Assembly: GCA_038245295.1 (NCBI GenBank)
Contig: JBBRSP010000008.1
Coordinates: 96,001-160,000 of the forward strand
Direction of reading: 5' to 3'
DNA length: 64,000 nucleotides
Origin: Candidatus Binatia bacterium
Lineage (GTDB): Bacteria > Desulfobacterota > Binatia > HRBIN30
Shown: positions 43,588-53,036 of the stretch, piece by piece
Layout: the number at the start of each line of letters is the position of its first letter
Numbering within the stretch: the stretch's first letter is position 1
Notes under the pieces: model-generated
What the model was told of the DNA's origin: nothing
Seen by the model: the letters and a program-made list of their open reading frames with translations, nothing else
Databases searched by the model: none
Program-made: the position numbers and the translations under genes

Positions 43588-44184
43588 TCAGTACGAGGGT
43601 GGTGGAGGCGGATTGCCGCGCGGCGGTGGTGGTGGAGAGCCGCGCGACGGTGGTGGAGGCGGTGGACTACCACTCGGCGGTTGCGGCGGCGGCGCGCTGT
43701 TGTCTGTTCTTACGGTTGCCTTGAACGGCGACGGCGGACGGCGCATTCCGGGCGGCAGCGGAACCTGGTTTCCCTTAGCGTACATACACTGCACGTAGGC
43801 GTTGTCGTAGCGGCGCTGCAGCGACCACGCGGTTCGATTCGCCTGGTCGGCACCGGCGGCGCTGCCGCCGGCCAGGCCGACTCCGGCGCCGATGGCCGCG
43901 CCGGCAGCCGGATCCCCGGCGGCGGCACCAATCGCTGCTCCAGCAGCCGCACCAACCGCTGTGCCGACGACCGCACTGGTAACAGCGGCATCATTGGCGG
44001 CGTGCTGGGGCTTGCCGCCGATCGATTGCAGCGCCCAGTCTTGGCATACGGCATCGTCGTATTTGAATTGTTCGAAATCCTTGGTGCTGCCGGGCAGCAC
44101 CATGACGCTTGGACCGCTCGGGACGCGTGTGCATCCGCACACCAGCAACAGCAGACCGACACAGACTCTGAAGCGTGTTGTCAT
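43588..44184 (-). CDS. Glycine-zipper lipoprotein with poly-Pro tail
   Basis: LVCGC lipobox, GAAAGAAIGAAAG, YVQCMYAKGNQVP, PPPPP repeats. Confidence 0.85.
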   Translation of the reverse strand: MTTRFRVCVGLLLLVCGCTRVPSGPSVMVLPGSTKDFEQFKYDDAVCQDWALQSIGGKPQHAANDAAVTSAVVGTAVGAAAGAAIGAAAGDPAAGAAIGAGVGLAGGSAAGADQANRTAWSLQRRYDNAYVQCMYAKGNQVPLPPGMRRPPSPFKATVRTDNSAPPPQPPSGSPPPPPPSRGSPPPPPRGNPPPPPSY

Positions 44185-44202
44185 GTGAGTACTCGCTTGC
44201 TC

Positions 44203-44724
44203 CTACTCGGGGACGGGGGGAACACGAATCCACTCCTCGTTGCAGGTCGGCACCGTGGGGTAGTACCCGCCGCCGCTGGCGCAGTAGTACCAATATCCGG
44301 AAGGCAGGGGCGCGTCTGGCTCGGGTGGCTCCCGCTCCGTGTAAACCGTCGGGCCCTGCACCGCAGCGGGCGGATAGTAGTCGTAGGCGTACGGGTATGT
44401 GTAGGCGTAGGGATACGCGTAAGGATACGCGTACGGATAATACCCCGGCCACCACAGCGGACCGACGTAGGCGCCGCCGTGCCAGCCGCCGCCATGCCAA
44501 CCACCACCACCATGATAGTACCCGCCGCCCTGGTACCCGTAACCACCGCCGCCGCCGTGGTACCCGCCGCCGCCGTGGTACGCACCGCCACCGCCGCCGT
44601 GGTACCCACCGCTGTGCCCGCCACCGCCATGTCCGCCGCCCCCGTGTCCGCCATACGCGTGAGCGCTGGCCGCGCAGAGTGTCAGCACCAGAGCGAAGGC
44701 CGATCGCGCGATGAACGTTTTCAT
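44203..44724 (-). CDS. Secreted Gly/His/Tyr-rich low-complexity protein
   Basis: Signal peptide, GGGYH repeats, YPYA repeats, YWYYC..GYYP..C..W; GAGGAG SD. Confidence 0.8.
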   Translation of the reverse strand: MKTFIARSAFALVLTLCAASAHAYGGHGGGGHGGGGHSGGYHGGGGGAYHGGGGYHGGGGGYGYQGGGYYHGGGGWHGGGWHGGAYVGPLWWPGYYPYAYPYAYPYAYTYPYAYDYYPPAAVQGPTVYTEREPPEPDAPLPSGYWYYCASGGGYYPTVPTCNEEWIRVPPVPE

Positions 44725-45167
44725 GTGTGTCTCCTCATTCGCGTCTCAAGAGAGCGACGCCGACGGCGCAGGGCTGTTCACCTCAAACGACCGACTCATT
44801 TCGAAGCGCACCGCCGTGTCCACATCGGTGATGCTCTCAGAAGAGCCTGCGATCAATAAACGCGCTCGTCAACGCATGGTCGCGCGGTTGGAGGAGAAAG
44901 AACCGAAAGATTTCCTGTTGAGCTCTAGCTGCGCCTCGCAAGCTTGGGCAAAGCCGGCTCAAGCTCAGGCTTCAAAACTTGCGGAGCCGGCTTCGATAGG
45001 CTCAGCTTAGGGCAGAGCCACCGCCGGCCCACCGCCGTGCAAGTAGTGCGGCGTGGATTCTGAGCCGCATGATCGCCTGATCGGCTCGACGCCGGCGATG
45101 TTCGTTCATCGCGTGCCTTACCACCGAGGGGCCTTGGGGAGGCCCACCCGGCGGCCGAGGCGAACTC

Positions 45168-45284
45168 TTACTGGTCCTGACGTCGTCCCCGAATCTTCTC
45201 TTCCCACTCACCTGTAAGGATCCCTGCCACGACAATGACGGTAACCAAGAGACCCCAGAGAAACACCGCGATGTCGATGTTCAT
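45168..45284 (-). CDS. 38-aa single-TM small protein (not in ORF track)
   Basis: MNIDIAVFLWGLLVTVIVVAGILTGEWEEKIRGRRQDQ; diverged partial copy at 50369-50397. Confidence 0.65.
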   Translation of the reverse strand: MNIDIAVFLWGLLVTVIVVAGILTGEWEEKIRGRRQDQ

Positions 45285-45300
45285 AGCTGTTCCAGGCCTT

Positions 45301-45477
45301 TCAGCGGCGCCGCTGTACCGAGGTCAACAGGTTGCCCAGGGATAGGATCGAAGGCACCCACAGCCCGATAAAGAGTCCCGTCTGGCGATCAATCAGGAAC
45401 CACGAGCCGACCGAGCCGAGAAAGGACAGAAAAGCGGCGAGTAACCAAAGTTTCACGGGCAGACTGAGTTCCGACAT
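45301..45477 (-). CDS. 58-aa two-TM small protein (not in ORF track)
   Basis: MSELSLPVKLWLLAAFLSFLGSVGSWFLIDRQTGLFIGLWVPSILSLGNLLTSVQRRR; AGGAGG SD; partial copy at 50325-50368 differs only synonymously. Confidence 0.75.
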   Translation of the reverse strand: MSELSLPVKLWLLAAFLSFLGSVGSWFLIDRQTGLFIGLWVPSILSLGNLLTSVQRRR

Positions 45478-45573
45478 TAAGCGTCACCTCCTGGTCATCT
45501 CTGTCGGGCGGCAACCTCTCAACAACAGGGTCCTTCTGCAATAGCGCGACGCCGGCCCGAGACCGATTGGACC

Positions 45574-46029
45574 TCACGCGGCGACGCTACGCCGGCGCGA
45601 CAGGCTATCGAGTTCGCGGCGTAGGTTGCCGATTGCCGAGCGTACGTTGGAGGCGAACAGCCAGGCGAACAAGGGGTCGAGGATCTGTAGCGGGCCGGCA
45701 AATCGGATGTCGGCGTCCCAGGTAACCCGACAGCCACCGCGGCGCGGCTCCACCAAAACCGTGTCGGTAGCGGTCACTGTTGCCGTCGTGCCCACCAACA
45801 CGGCGCGCCGGTTCGGTTTGTACTCTGCGACGCGGTAGTCGAGCGTACTCTCCATGCCGAGGAACCCGAGGGTGACGCGGAAGCGGGTGCCGACGGTGAT
45901 TGGACCTGGCGTGCTCTGCTCGACTCGTACGATGCTCGGGTCCCAAGCGGGCAGGTTGTTGAAGTCGCTCAGGAACGGAAATGCCGCGGCCGACGCGGCG
46001 GTTGTGTCGATGACTTCTTTGAATCGCAT
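45574..46029 (-). CDS. SRPBCC family protein
   Basis: AFPFLSDFNNLPAWDP, GPITVGTRF; C-terminal helix. Confidence 0.85.
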   Translation of the reverse strand: MRFKEVIDTTAASAAAFPFLSDFNNLPAWDPSIVRVEQSTPGPITVGTRFRVTLGFLGMESTLDYRVAEYKPNRRAVLVGTTATVTATDTVLVEPRRGGCRVTWDADIRFAGPLQILDPLFAWLFASNVRSAIGNLRRELDSLSRRRSVAA

Positions 46030-46199
46030 CCAAGGATAATACTGGAAACAGGAAGCGAGACCAGGAATTGTCTCGTTAGCTCGGATCATGCACTATTGGG
46101 AGCTGGAGTGAGTTGTTGGCCCTCTACCAACTTCTTGAAAATCGGGCGGCGACGAGATTCGGACTCCAGTGACTTCGAGCTTCTTGAGGAGATGAATGC

Positions 46200-46952
46200 A
46201 TGACGACGACCGATATTGATTCGACGCCCTCCTACCTCGTGTTCGGCGCGACCGGTGGAATCGGTACGAGCTTATGTCACCGATTGGCTTCGCGCGGCGC
46301 TCGCCTGGTCATTGCCGCCCGCAACGGTGATAAGGCCCAAGCGTTGGCCGACAAACTGCACGCATCGTCATACCTGCTCGATGTGACTGTTCTTAGCGAG
46401 GTGGATGCGTGCGTGGAGAAAGCCCTCCAACTACACGGTCGACTGGACGGTGTCGCGAATTGCGTAGGATCGCTGCTTCTCAAGCCGGCCCACTCGACGA
46501 GTGAGGCCGAGTGGCTATCCACTCTCGCAACGAATTTGACCTCGGCATTCGCGGTAGTCAGGGCCAGCGCCAAGGCGATGATGCATACGGGCGGCTCGAT
46601 GGTTCTTGTCTCTTCCGCCGCAGCCCGAATCGGCCTGGCAAACCATGAGGCCATTGCCGCCGCCAAGGCTGGTGTGATCGGACTCTCTTTGTCTGCCGCG
46701 GCTACCTATGCCTCACGTGGCATTCGCGTCAACTGCGTCGCGCCTGGTTTGGTTCGCACCCCGATGACCGCTCGATTGACCGCCAACGAAAACTCTTTGA
46801 AGTCCTCGACGGCCATGCACGCTCTGGGGCGGATCGGGGAACCGGAAGACGTAGCAGCAGCGATCGAGTGGCTACTCAGCCCTGAGCAGAGTTGGGTCAC
46901 GGGCCAGGTGCTGGGAATCGATGGCGGCTTGGGCTCCGTCCGCTCACGCTGA
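46200..46952 (+). CDS. SDR family oxidoreductase
   Basis: GATGGIG, NCVGS, HEAIAAAKAG (lacks the catalytic Tyr), IDGG. Confidence 0.88.
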   Translation: MTTTDIDSTPSYLVFGATGGIGTSLCHRLASRGARLVIAARNGDKAQALADKLHASSYLLDVTVLSEVDACVEKALQLHGRLDGVANCVGSLLLKPAHSTSEAEWLSTLATNLTSAFAVVRASAKAMMHTGGSMVLVSSAAARIGLANHEAIAAAKAGVIGLSLSAAATYASRGIRVNCVAPGLVRTPMTARLTANENSLKSSTAMHALGRIGEPEDVAAAIEWLLSPEQSWVTGQVLGIDGGLGSVRSR

Positions 46953-46967
46953 ATTGCGAAGTGTCCC

Positions 46968-47903
46968 ATGAACTCTCTCTCGGAACGAACACAATCGCCT
47001 GTTTGGGCGAGTGGTTGGCTAGTGGCCGCGGGCGTCTACAACCTGCTGTGGGGGACGCTGACAATCGCGTTTCCCCATCTTGTCTTCGATTTATCCGGTA
47101 TCGAGCGGATGAACTATCCCGAGATCTGGCAATGCGTCGGGATGATTGTTGGCGTCTACGGCATCGGGTACATCGTCGCTGCAGGGGACCCGCGAACTCA
47201 TTGGCCAATCGTGCTCGTGGGGCTGCTGGGTAAGATTTTTGGCCCCATCGGGTTCGCCGCGGCTTTGCTGAGAGGGACTTTTCCGCCGCTCTTCGGTTTG
47301 ACGATCCTCACCAACGATCTGATTTGGTGGATCCCGTTCGCCATGATTCTTTGGGATGCCGCGAGGCAGCCGAGGCAGCATCAGTTGTCTGGTGCCGGGT
47401 CGCACTATGTGAAGGAAAGCCGAATCAACGCCCCGCCAGAGGTTGTGTTCCGCTTTCACGAAAGCCCCGACGCGCTGCGCTCTTTAATCCCGCCCTGGGA
47501 GAAGATGGAGGTCGCCGAATCCGCCGGCTCTCTCCGAATTGGCAGCAGGGTCGTGTTGCGCGGGCGCCTCGGTCCGATCCCGATCCAATGGGTCGCCATC
47601 CATACCGAATACGATCCACCTCACTTGTTCGCGGATCGTCAGGAGGCGGGCCCGTTTGCCTGGTGGTATCATCGGCATCGGTTTCTCGATGACGGTGAAG
47701 GGGGCACCATCTTGAGGGACGAAGTCCAGTATCAGGCCCCGCTCGGGATGATCGGGCATTGGCTGGGCGGTTGGCTGATCCGCCGCAAACTCAATCGGAT
47801 GTTTGCCTATCGCCACGAGACGACGCGCTGTTTGATCGAGTCAGGGAAGTCAACTGGACCGCACCCCGCACTCGATCAACGGCCGACGAAAGAGAAGAAA
47901 TGA
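46968..47903 (+). CDS. Membrane domain fused to SRPBCC domain
   Basis: AGVYNLLWG..WQCVGMIVGVYG..NDLIWW, then VFRFHE..FADRQ..GPF..WYHRHRF. Confidence 0.8.
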   Translation: MNSLSERTQSPVWASGWLVAAGVYNLLWGTLTIAFPHLVFDLSGIERMNYPEIWQCVGMIVGVYGIGYIVAAGDPRTHWPIVLVGLLGKIFGPIGFAAALLRGTFPPLFGLTILTNDLIWWIPFAMILWDAARQPRQHQLSGAGSHYVKESRINAPPEVVFRFHESPDALRSLIPPWEKMEVAESAGSLRIGSRVVLRGRLGPIPIQWVAIHTEYDPPHLFADRQEAGPFAWWYHRHRFLDDGEGGTILRDEVQYQAPLGMIGHWLGGWLIRRKLNRMFAYRHETTRCLIESGKSTGPHPALDQRPTKEKK

Positions 47904-48721
47904 CTCTCGATGTGCTGATCGTCGGGGCCGGTCTGGCAGGTCTGTGCTGTGCGCGCCGACTACAAAGCCAGGGCATTCGCTTTCAAATCTTGGAGGCCTC
48001 CGACGCAGTCGGTGGCCGAATCCGTACGGACTACGTGGAGGGATTCCGTCTGGACCGCGGCTTTCAAGTCTTTCTCACTAGTTACCCCGAGGCGAGGCAG
48101 TCGCTTGACTATCAGGCACTCCGATTGAGACCTTTTCAGCCAGGCGCCCTGGTACGATATGGTGGCAGATTTCATGAGCTCTCCGACCCCTGGCGAAGAC
48201 CGTTGGCGTCGCTTGGTTCCCTGATCTCGCCCATCGGTTCTCTAGGCGACAAATTGCGAGTGGCTCGCCTCCGCGCCCGGGTGCTGAAGGGCAGCATCGA
48301 GGATCGATTTTACGACCCCGAGCTGACGACTCTCGGGGCTCTGCAAGACGACGGTTTCTCGGCCTCGATGATTGATCGCTTCTTCCGGCCATTTCTGGGA
48401 GGTATTTTTCTCGACGCTGAGTTGCGCACATCCAGCCGGATGTTTCAGTTCGTCTTTCGGATGGTCTCGCTGGGTAGCGTCTGCCTGCCGGCGGATGGCA
48501 TGGAGGCTATCCCTCGACAGTTGGCCTCCGCGTTGCCTCCAGGCAGTATCCGTCTCGGGGCCCGGGTCGGCGCTCCACCGGCCCTAGCCGTGCCGGAACG
48601 CCCCGTTCGCTGGCAGCCCGGTATCTACGTTTGTGGTGATCATCGAGATAATGCCTCGATCCAGGGAGCGATGGCCTCGGGCCGCCGGGCGGCCGAGGCC
48701 TTGCTGAATGATCTAAAGTGA
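47900..48721 (+). pseudogene. FAD-dependent amine-oxidase/HemY-like oxidoreductase with probable in-frame internal deletion
   Basis: GAGLAG, GGRIRTD, LDRGFQV and C-terminal CGDH..SIQGAMASGRRAA, but only 273 aa; IRLGARV abuts GAPPAL. Confidence 0.65.
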
Positions 48722-49167
48722 ATGACACGCTGATCCGATTCCTTGTTCTAGCGCATCTGGCATCCACATTGTTCATGCTGGGTGTCATCTGGTTCGTCCA
48801 GATCGTCCACTATCCGCTCTTCGCCAGCATGGGGCGTGCGGAGTTTCGGGCCTACGAGCAGCGGCACACCGATCTGACCACGTGGGTCGTTGCCCCGCCG
48901 ATGCTTGTGGAAGGGATTACTGCCTTGCTTTTGTTTTGGTTCCGACCAACAGGAGTCTCGATCGGGCAACTGTCGATCGGACTGGCTCTAGTGGCCGTCA
49001 TCTGGCTATCGACCGCGCTGCTCCAGGTGCCATGTCACAACGTGTTATGCCAGGGCTTCGACCCGGTCGTGCATCAGCGACTCGTCGGGACCAACTGGAT
49101 GCGGACGGTCGCCTGGAGCGCGCGTGGGTTGCTGGTTTTGTGGATGGCGATTTCCTCATTCCGCTGA
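48718..49167 (+). CDS. Four-TM hypothetical membrane protein
   Basis: GVIWFVQIVHYP, QVPCH, TNWMRT; GTGA overlap with upstream gene. Confidence 0.75.
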   Translation: MNDTLIRFLVLAHLASTLFMLGVIWFVQIVHYPLFASMGRAEFRAYEQRHTDLTTWVVAPPMLVEGITALLLFWFRPTGVSIGQLSIGLALVAVIWLSTALLQVPCHNVLCQGFDPVVHQRLVGTNWMRTVAWSARGLLVLWMAISSFR

Positions 49168-49179
49168 GGGAGCAAGACC

Positions 49180-49662
49180 TTGAAACCCGATCACAAACGG
49201 CACATGCGACAAGCGATCGCGCTGACGGCGAACGTGCCGGAGCTACCGTTCGGGTCCGTCATTGTTTACCGGGAAAGCGGGGAGACTGCGGCCGCGGGTT
49301 GGAATAGATCGAAAACCAATTCGACCTGGCATGGTGAGATTGACGCTCTCAACGCCCTGTTCCGATGCGGTCAGACGGGTGATCGCAGCGAGTTGGTCCT
49401 TTACACTACCGCGGAGCCTTGCCCCATGTGCATGGCTGCGATTCTTTGGAGCGGCATCCAGATGGTCGTGTTCGGCACATCGATCCGGTTCCTGCAGCAA
49501 CACGGTTGGCGACAGATCGACGTCCTCGCTGAGGAGATTGTCCGTCGCAGCCCGGGCTGGCAATGCACGATCGTCGGTGGCGTGCTGCAAAAGGAATGCA
49601 ACAGTTTGTTCGCGGCAGGACCGCCTAAACTTGTTCCTCACCGCCCCGATATCAGCGGATGA
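49180..49662 (+). CDS. Nucleoside/guanine deaminase family protein
   Basis: PFGSVIV, HGEIDAL, TTAEPCPMC. Confidence 0.88.
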   Translation: MKPDHKRHMRQAIALTANVPELPFGSVIVYRESGETAAAGWNRSKTNSTWHGEIDALNALFRCGQTGDRSELVLYTTAEPCPMCMAAILWSGIQMVVFGTSIRFLQQHGWRQIDVLAEEIVRRSPGWQCTIVGGVLQKECNSLFAAGPPKLVPHRPDISG

Positions 49663-49803
49663 CCGCTGGCCAGTTTTTCACTTTTTGGCTCTGCACCGGT
49701 CTGAACAGTGGCTTACTCGATCCCAGTCGCGTGCCCACTTCTTCCTCCAGGCGAACATTCGGCCGAAGGGATAGATGATCGCGGCCCGGGGCATGAATCA
49801 GTT

Positions 49804-50324
49804 TTACTGGCCGGACTTTGGGGTCGGCAGGTGCTTGTCGACGGAGATGCCGACCTGCCGAAGGATACAACCGGCAGCGGCAACACCGGAACGGAATGCC
49901 CCCTCGACCCGGCCACCAGCCAGCCAGTCGCCGCAAACGACCAGCCGCGTGTCGTCGTCGAAGAGCACCAGCCGATCGAGTGACAGTGGGGTGGCACTAA
50001 ACAGCCAGCGGTGCGCGTCGAGGTGAACCGGTGTTTGTGCGGGTGCGGCCGTAATGCCGGCGAAAGCGCTGAGCAGTGTGGCCTTCACGGTATCCCGGGC
50101 GAGATCCTGATGGGCCGCCGACCAATCGGGCGAGGCGTGCAGTACCCAGCAATCGTGTGAGCGATCGCGACCCGGCTTGGAACTGTTGCGAGCCACCCAA
50201 CCCAGCGGCGAACCGTGAACGAATGCCCCATCCCACGCCGCCTCGATGCGCGCCTCGAACGCGGCCAGCACTGCCCAGCAGGGCGTCATCGGAATGGCCC
50301 GCACTTCGGCCGCAAGCGCATGGT
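49804..50324 (-). pseudogene. C-terminal remnant of renalase-like FAD oxidoreductase
   Basis: MTPCW, WVARNSSKPGR, WVLHAS..WS, AHRW, CGDW..GGRVEGAFRSG; no N-terminal GxGxxG. Confidence 0.8.
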
Positions 50325-50397
50325 CGGCAAACCGGGCTCTTTATCGGGTTGTGGGTGCCTTCGATCCTGGATCGTGACGGGCGAATGGGAAGAGAAG
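50325..50397 (+). pseudogene. Deleted paralogous remnant of the two small ORFs at 45168-45477
   Basis: Encodes RQTGLFIGLWVPSIL joined directly to IVTGEWEEK. Confidence 0.8.
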
Positions 50398-50530
50398 TTC
50401 CTCTGCGACCGTCTTCGATGCAATGCTCCGTGAGGTTCTCTGGGTGAAAGCCCTTTCGGTAACGCCGCTCAACTGCAGCAAAGCTGGATGCGAAAAGGAA
50501 CGGACCCGCATGCGACGCAGGCAGCAGGCC

Positions 50531-52297
50531 TCAAGGATTCGTCGCCACGAACGTTTTGAATGCGTCGTACGCCGGTTTCTGACGCGACGGCATCACGGAT
50601 TGGTCCAACAGCCCAAGGTGGTTGAAGACATCGGTTTCGTTCTGCAAATCGGAAAGAGAGAACCACAAACAGATACTACCGCCGTTGGCCACGCACGCAC
50701 CGAGGCGCGCCGAAACTTGCGCCGCTTCGATCTGCTCGAAAAGAGCGAGATTCTGCGTCCACGAAATCGGTGTTCCGGCGCAGCGCGAATCGGGGCCACT
50801 GTTCTCGGTTGATATCCAACGTTTCCCTGCGGGCAGATGATCGCGCACCCACTGAACCTTCGCCGGGATGTCGTTGACACAACCGTAAAAGTGCAGGTCG
50901 GCTGCGTCGTACTTGCCGGTGCTCAACAGAGTCGACAGGCGATCGATCTGATAGCTCGAGTGCGGGTCGCTCGGGTTGATCACGGCGTCGAGATTTTCCG
51001 AAGCAAAGCTGCTGGCAATCACCGGAACGACGCTGCTGGCCGAACGCACACCATCGTAGAACGACGCCAACTGCGTCAGGTACTGGTCGTTGGTGCCGCG
51101 CCAGTAGCGCGAGTCGGGGCTGAGGGAAGCGTCGCCGACTTCATTTTCGCATTGCAGCCAGACGCGCCCCGAGTCGACACCGTTGATGCGCGCCAACGTG
51201 TCGCGGATGTCCTGCTGGTACTGATCTTTCGACACATAGGGAAAGCCGGCATTGGGCCAGGCGGCCAGCGCCTGGCCGGCATTGGCCGCACCGGAATACG
51301 TCAGATCGATGTTGGCCGGGTTGCGGTTGTTGAGTGTGATCACGACGTTGATACCAGCAGCGAGGAAGGGGTTGAAGTCGATATCGTTCGCGGCGTTGCC
51401 GTCGAGCGCGAGATTGATCCGTACCCATTGCGCGCCGAGGTCGTTGACCGCGGCGACCGTACCCGGGCGTTGCCCGAGGCTGGCGTGGACGCCGAAGCGG
51501 CCGACACGGCAGCCCTGATCGCACCCGTCGCCGTTGCTACGATTGCCGTCGTCGCACTCTTCGTGATCCATGTCGACGATCCCATCGCCGCAGGTACTGG
51601 GACGACACTCGAGCTTCAGCGTGTCCGTATCGGTCGTACCGGAAGATGTCGTGCCGGCGATCTTGATGCTCGTCGTGTGCTTCTTTAGCGCGCCGCCGGT
51701 GCTGACGTGCAGAGGTGCCACCAGCGCAACCGGAGAGGCACAAGCGTTCGGTGTTGCATTGGCGGTGCCGGCGGCGATCGGCGTCTTCTTGCGCTGGACC
51801 GTCAGTCCAAACCCGCCGGGGCCGGCGAGGCCCTCGAGTGCTCCGAGGTTGGCGACATCGTTTGTATCGGCGGAGGTTGATTTCGGCGCCTTGACCTCGA
51901 ACGTGGCGACATCGGAAGGAACGCAGCCGGTCTGCCGCGGATCGGCGTTGTTGAGACAGAGCTTTGGCGAGAACGCGCAACGATGATTGCCGAGGTCGGC
52001 ATCGACGTCGCACAAGCGGTCGCCTTCGTAACAGATGCTGCGATTCTTCGGCACGCCGCCGCGAGTCAGCGTCGGCATCGGCGTCACGATCCATTCCATG
52101 CTGCAGTCGCTCTTCTTTGTCCCGCCACCCGGGATGCACGGGTTACCAGGCGTCGGGTCTGTGCATTCGATCGTCGGCGTCGGAGTCACCGTCGGTGTAG
52201 GTGTAGAAACGGCGCCGGCGCCGGCGACGCGCGCCAGCGCGAGCATGGCGAGTGATCCAAAGCAGATGGCAGGCCAGACACGCTTGTTCATCGCCAT
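50531..52297 (-). CDS. Secreted modular protein: PT linker, Cys-rich domain, Myxococcus-type Cys repeat, clan GH-A-like TIM barrel
   Basis: Signal peptide, TPTPTVTPTP, CGDG..EECDDGN..GDGC..C, LQCENEV, DLHFY, WISTEN. Confidence 0.7.
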   Translation of the reverse strand: MAMNKRVWPAICFGSLAMLALARVAGAGAVSTPTPTVTPTPTIECTDPTPGNPCIPGGGTKKSDCSMEWIVTPMPTLTRGGVPKNRSICYEGDRLCDVDADLGNHRCAFSPKLCLNNADPRQTGCVPSDVATFEVKAPKSTSADTNDVANLGALEGLAGPGGFGLTVQRKKTPIAAGTANATPNACASPVALVAPLHVSTGGALKKHTTSIKIAGTTSSGTTDTDTLKLECRPSTCGDGIVDMDHEECDDGNRSNGDGCDQGCRVGRFGVHASLGQRPGTVAAVNDLGAQWVRINLALDGNAANDIDFNPFLAAGINVVITLNNRNPANIDLTYSGAANAGQALAAWPNAGFPYVSKDQYQQDIRDTLARINGVDSGRVWLQCENEVGDASLSPDSRYWRGTNDQYLTQLASFYDGVRSASSVVPVIASSFASENLDAVINPSDPHSSYQIDRLSTLLSTGKYDAADLHFYGCVNDIPAKVQWVRDHLPAGKRWISTENSGPDSRCAGTPISWTQNLALFEQIEAAQVSARLGACVANGGSICLWFSLSDLQNETDVFNHLGLLDQSVMPSRQKPAYDAFKTFVATNP

Positions 52298-52648
52298 GGC
52301 CGCGAGGATACAATCGACCGACCGAGGGTTGTCAACGAGGTATTGATCGGTTCGTCGCGTCTCCGAGCGACTATGGCGCAGTCGATCGATGAGCGCATCA
52401 CGCATGCAGGCCATGTTGCTGCGCCAGCCGACATCGATCGGCGACTTCGACAAGACATTGCGCGATTGCTTCTTGGCGCTCAGCCTCAAGGAACGGATTC
52501 AAAGCGCCGCCAACTGGGTCAATACTCATTGAGACAATTCGCCCCATTCGATCCGCTGACGATCCTGACGCAGCTGCGTGAGGCCGAGTATCTGGTCGTC
52601 GGGTGGTTTTGCCGCCGATCGTTGCGCCAGTGCAGCGACCCACAACAT

Positions 52649-52688
52649 GGCAAAATAGCCAAATGACGAAATGGCCAAACGGCCAAAT
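52649..52688 (+). repeat. Five degenerate 8-bp tandem repeats at the tRNA-Ser 3' end
   Basis: GGCAAAAT AGCCAAAT GACGAAAT GGCCAAAC GGCCAAAT. Confidence 0.75.
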
Positions 52689-52694
52689 GAAAGC

Positions 52695-52782
52695 TGGCGG
52701 AGGGGGCGAGATTCGAACTCGCGGACCCTTGCGGGTCGCCGGTTTTCAAGACCGGTGGTTTCAACCACTCACCCACCCCTCC
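52695..52782 (-). tRNA. tRNA-Ser(TGA)
   Basis: GGAGGGGTGGGTGAGTGG...CCGGT-CTTGAAA-ACCGG, long variable arm, GTTCGAATC, ends GCCA; 88 nt. Confidence 0.96.
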
Positions 52783-53036
52783 GTTGGCAGCGCCAACCAT
52801 TTGCAGCGGCGGGGCACTTTTGATGCGACCCGTCGTAACAAACTCGCGCCACGCGATAGCAGGTTCACACTAAGTTGTGGACACCTCTCGTGGCAGTTGA
52901 TCAAACGCCACGATCCGGCACCAGCCGGTGAGCGATACCTCAAGTTCCAAGCCGTCGACCGAGCGCTAGCCGAACGAGATGTGCGAACTTCGCGCCCGCT
53001 CTTTTCGGGCGCGGATCACGCCGACTACGATCACCT

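Noticed and set aside
52695..52782. Possible selenocysteine tRNA
   Set aside because: The anticodon is TGA (reads TCA, Ser); tRNA-Sec has anticodon TCA
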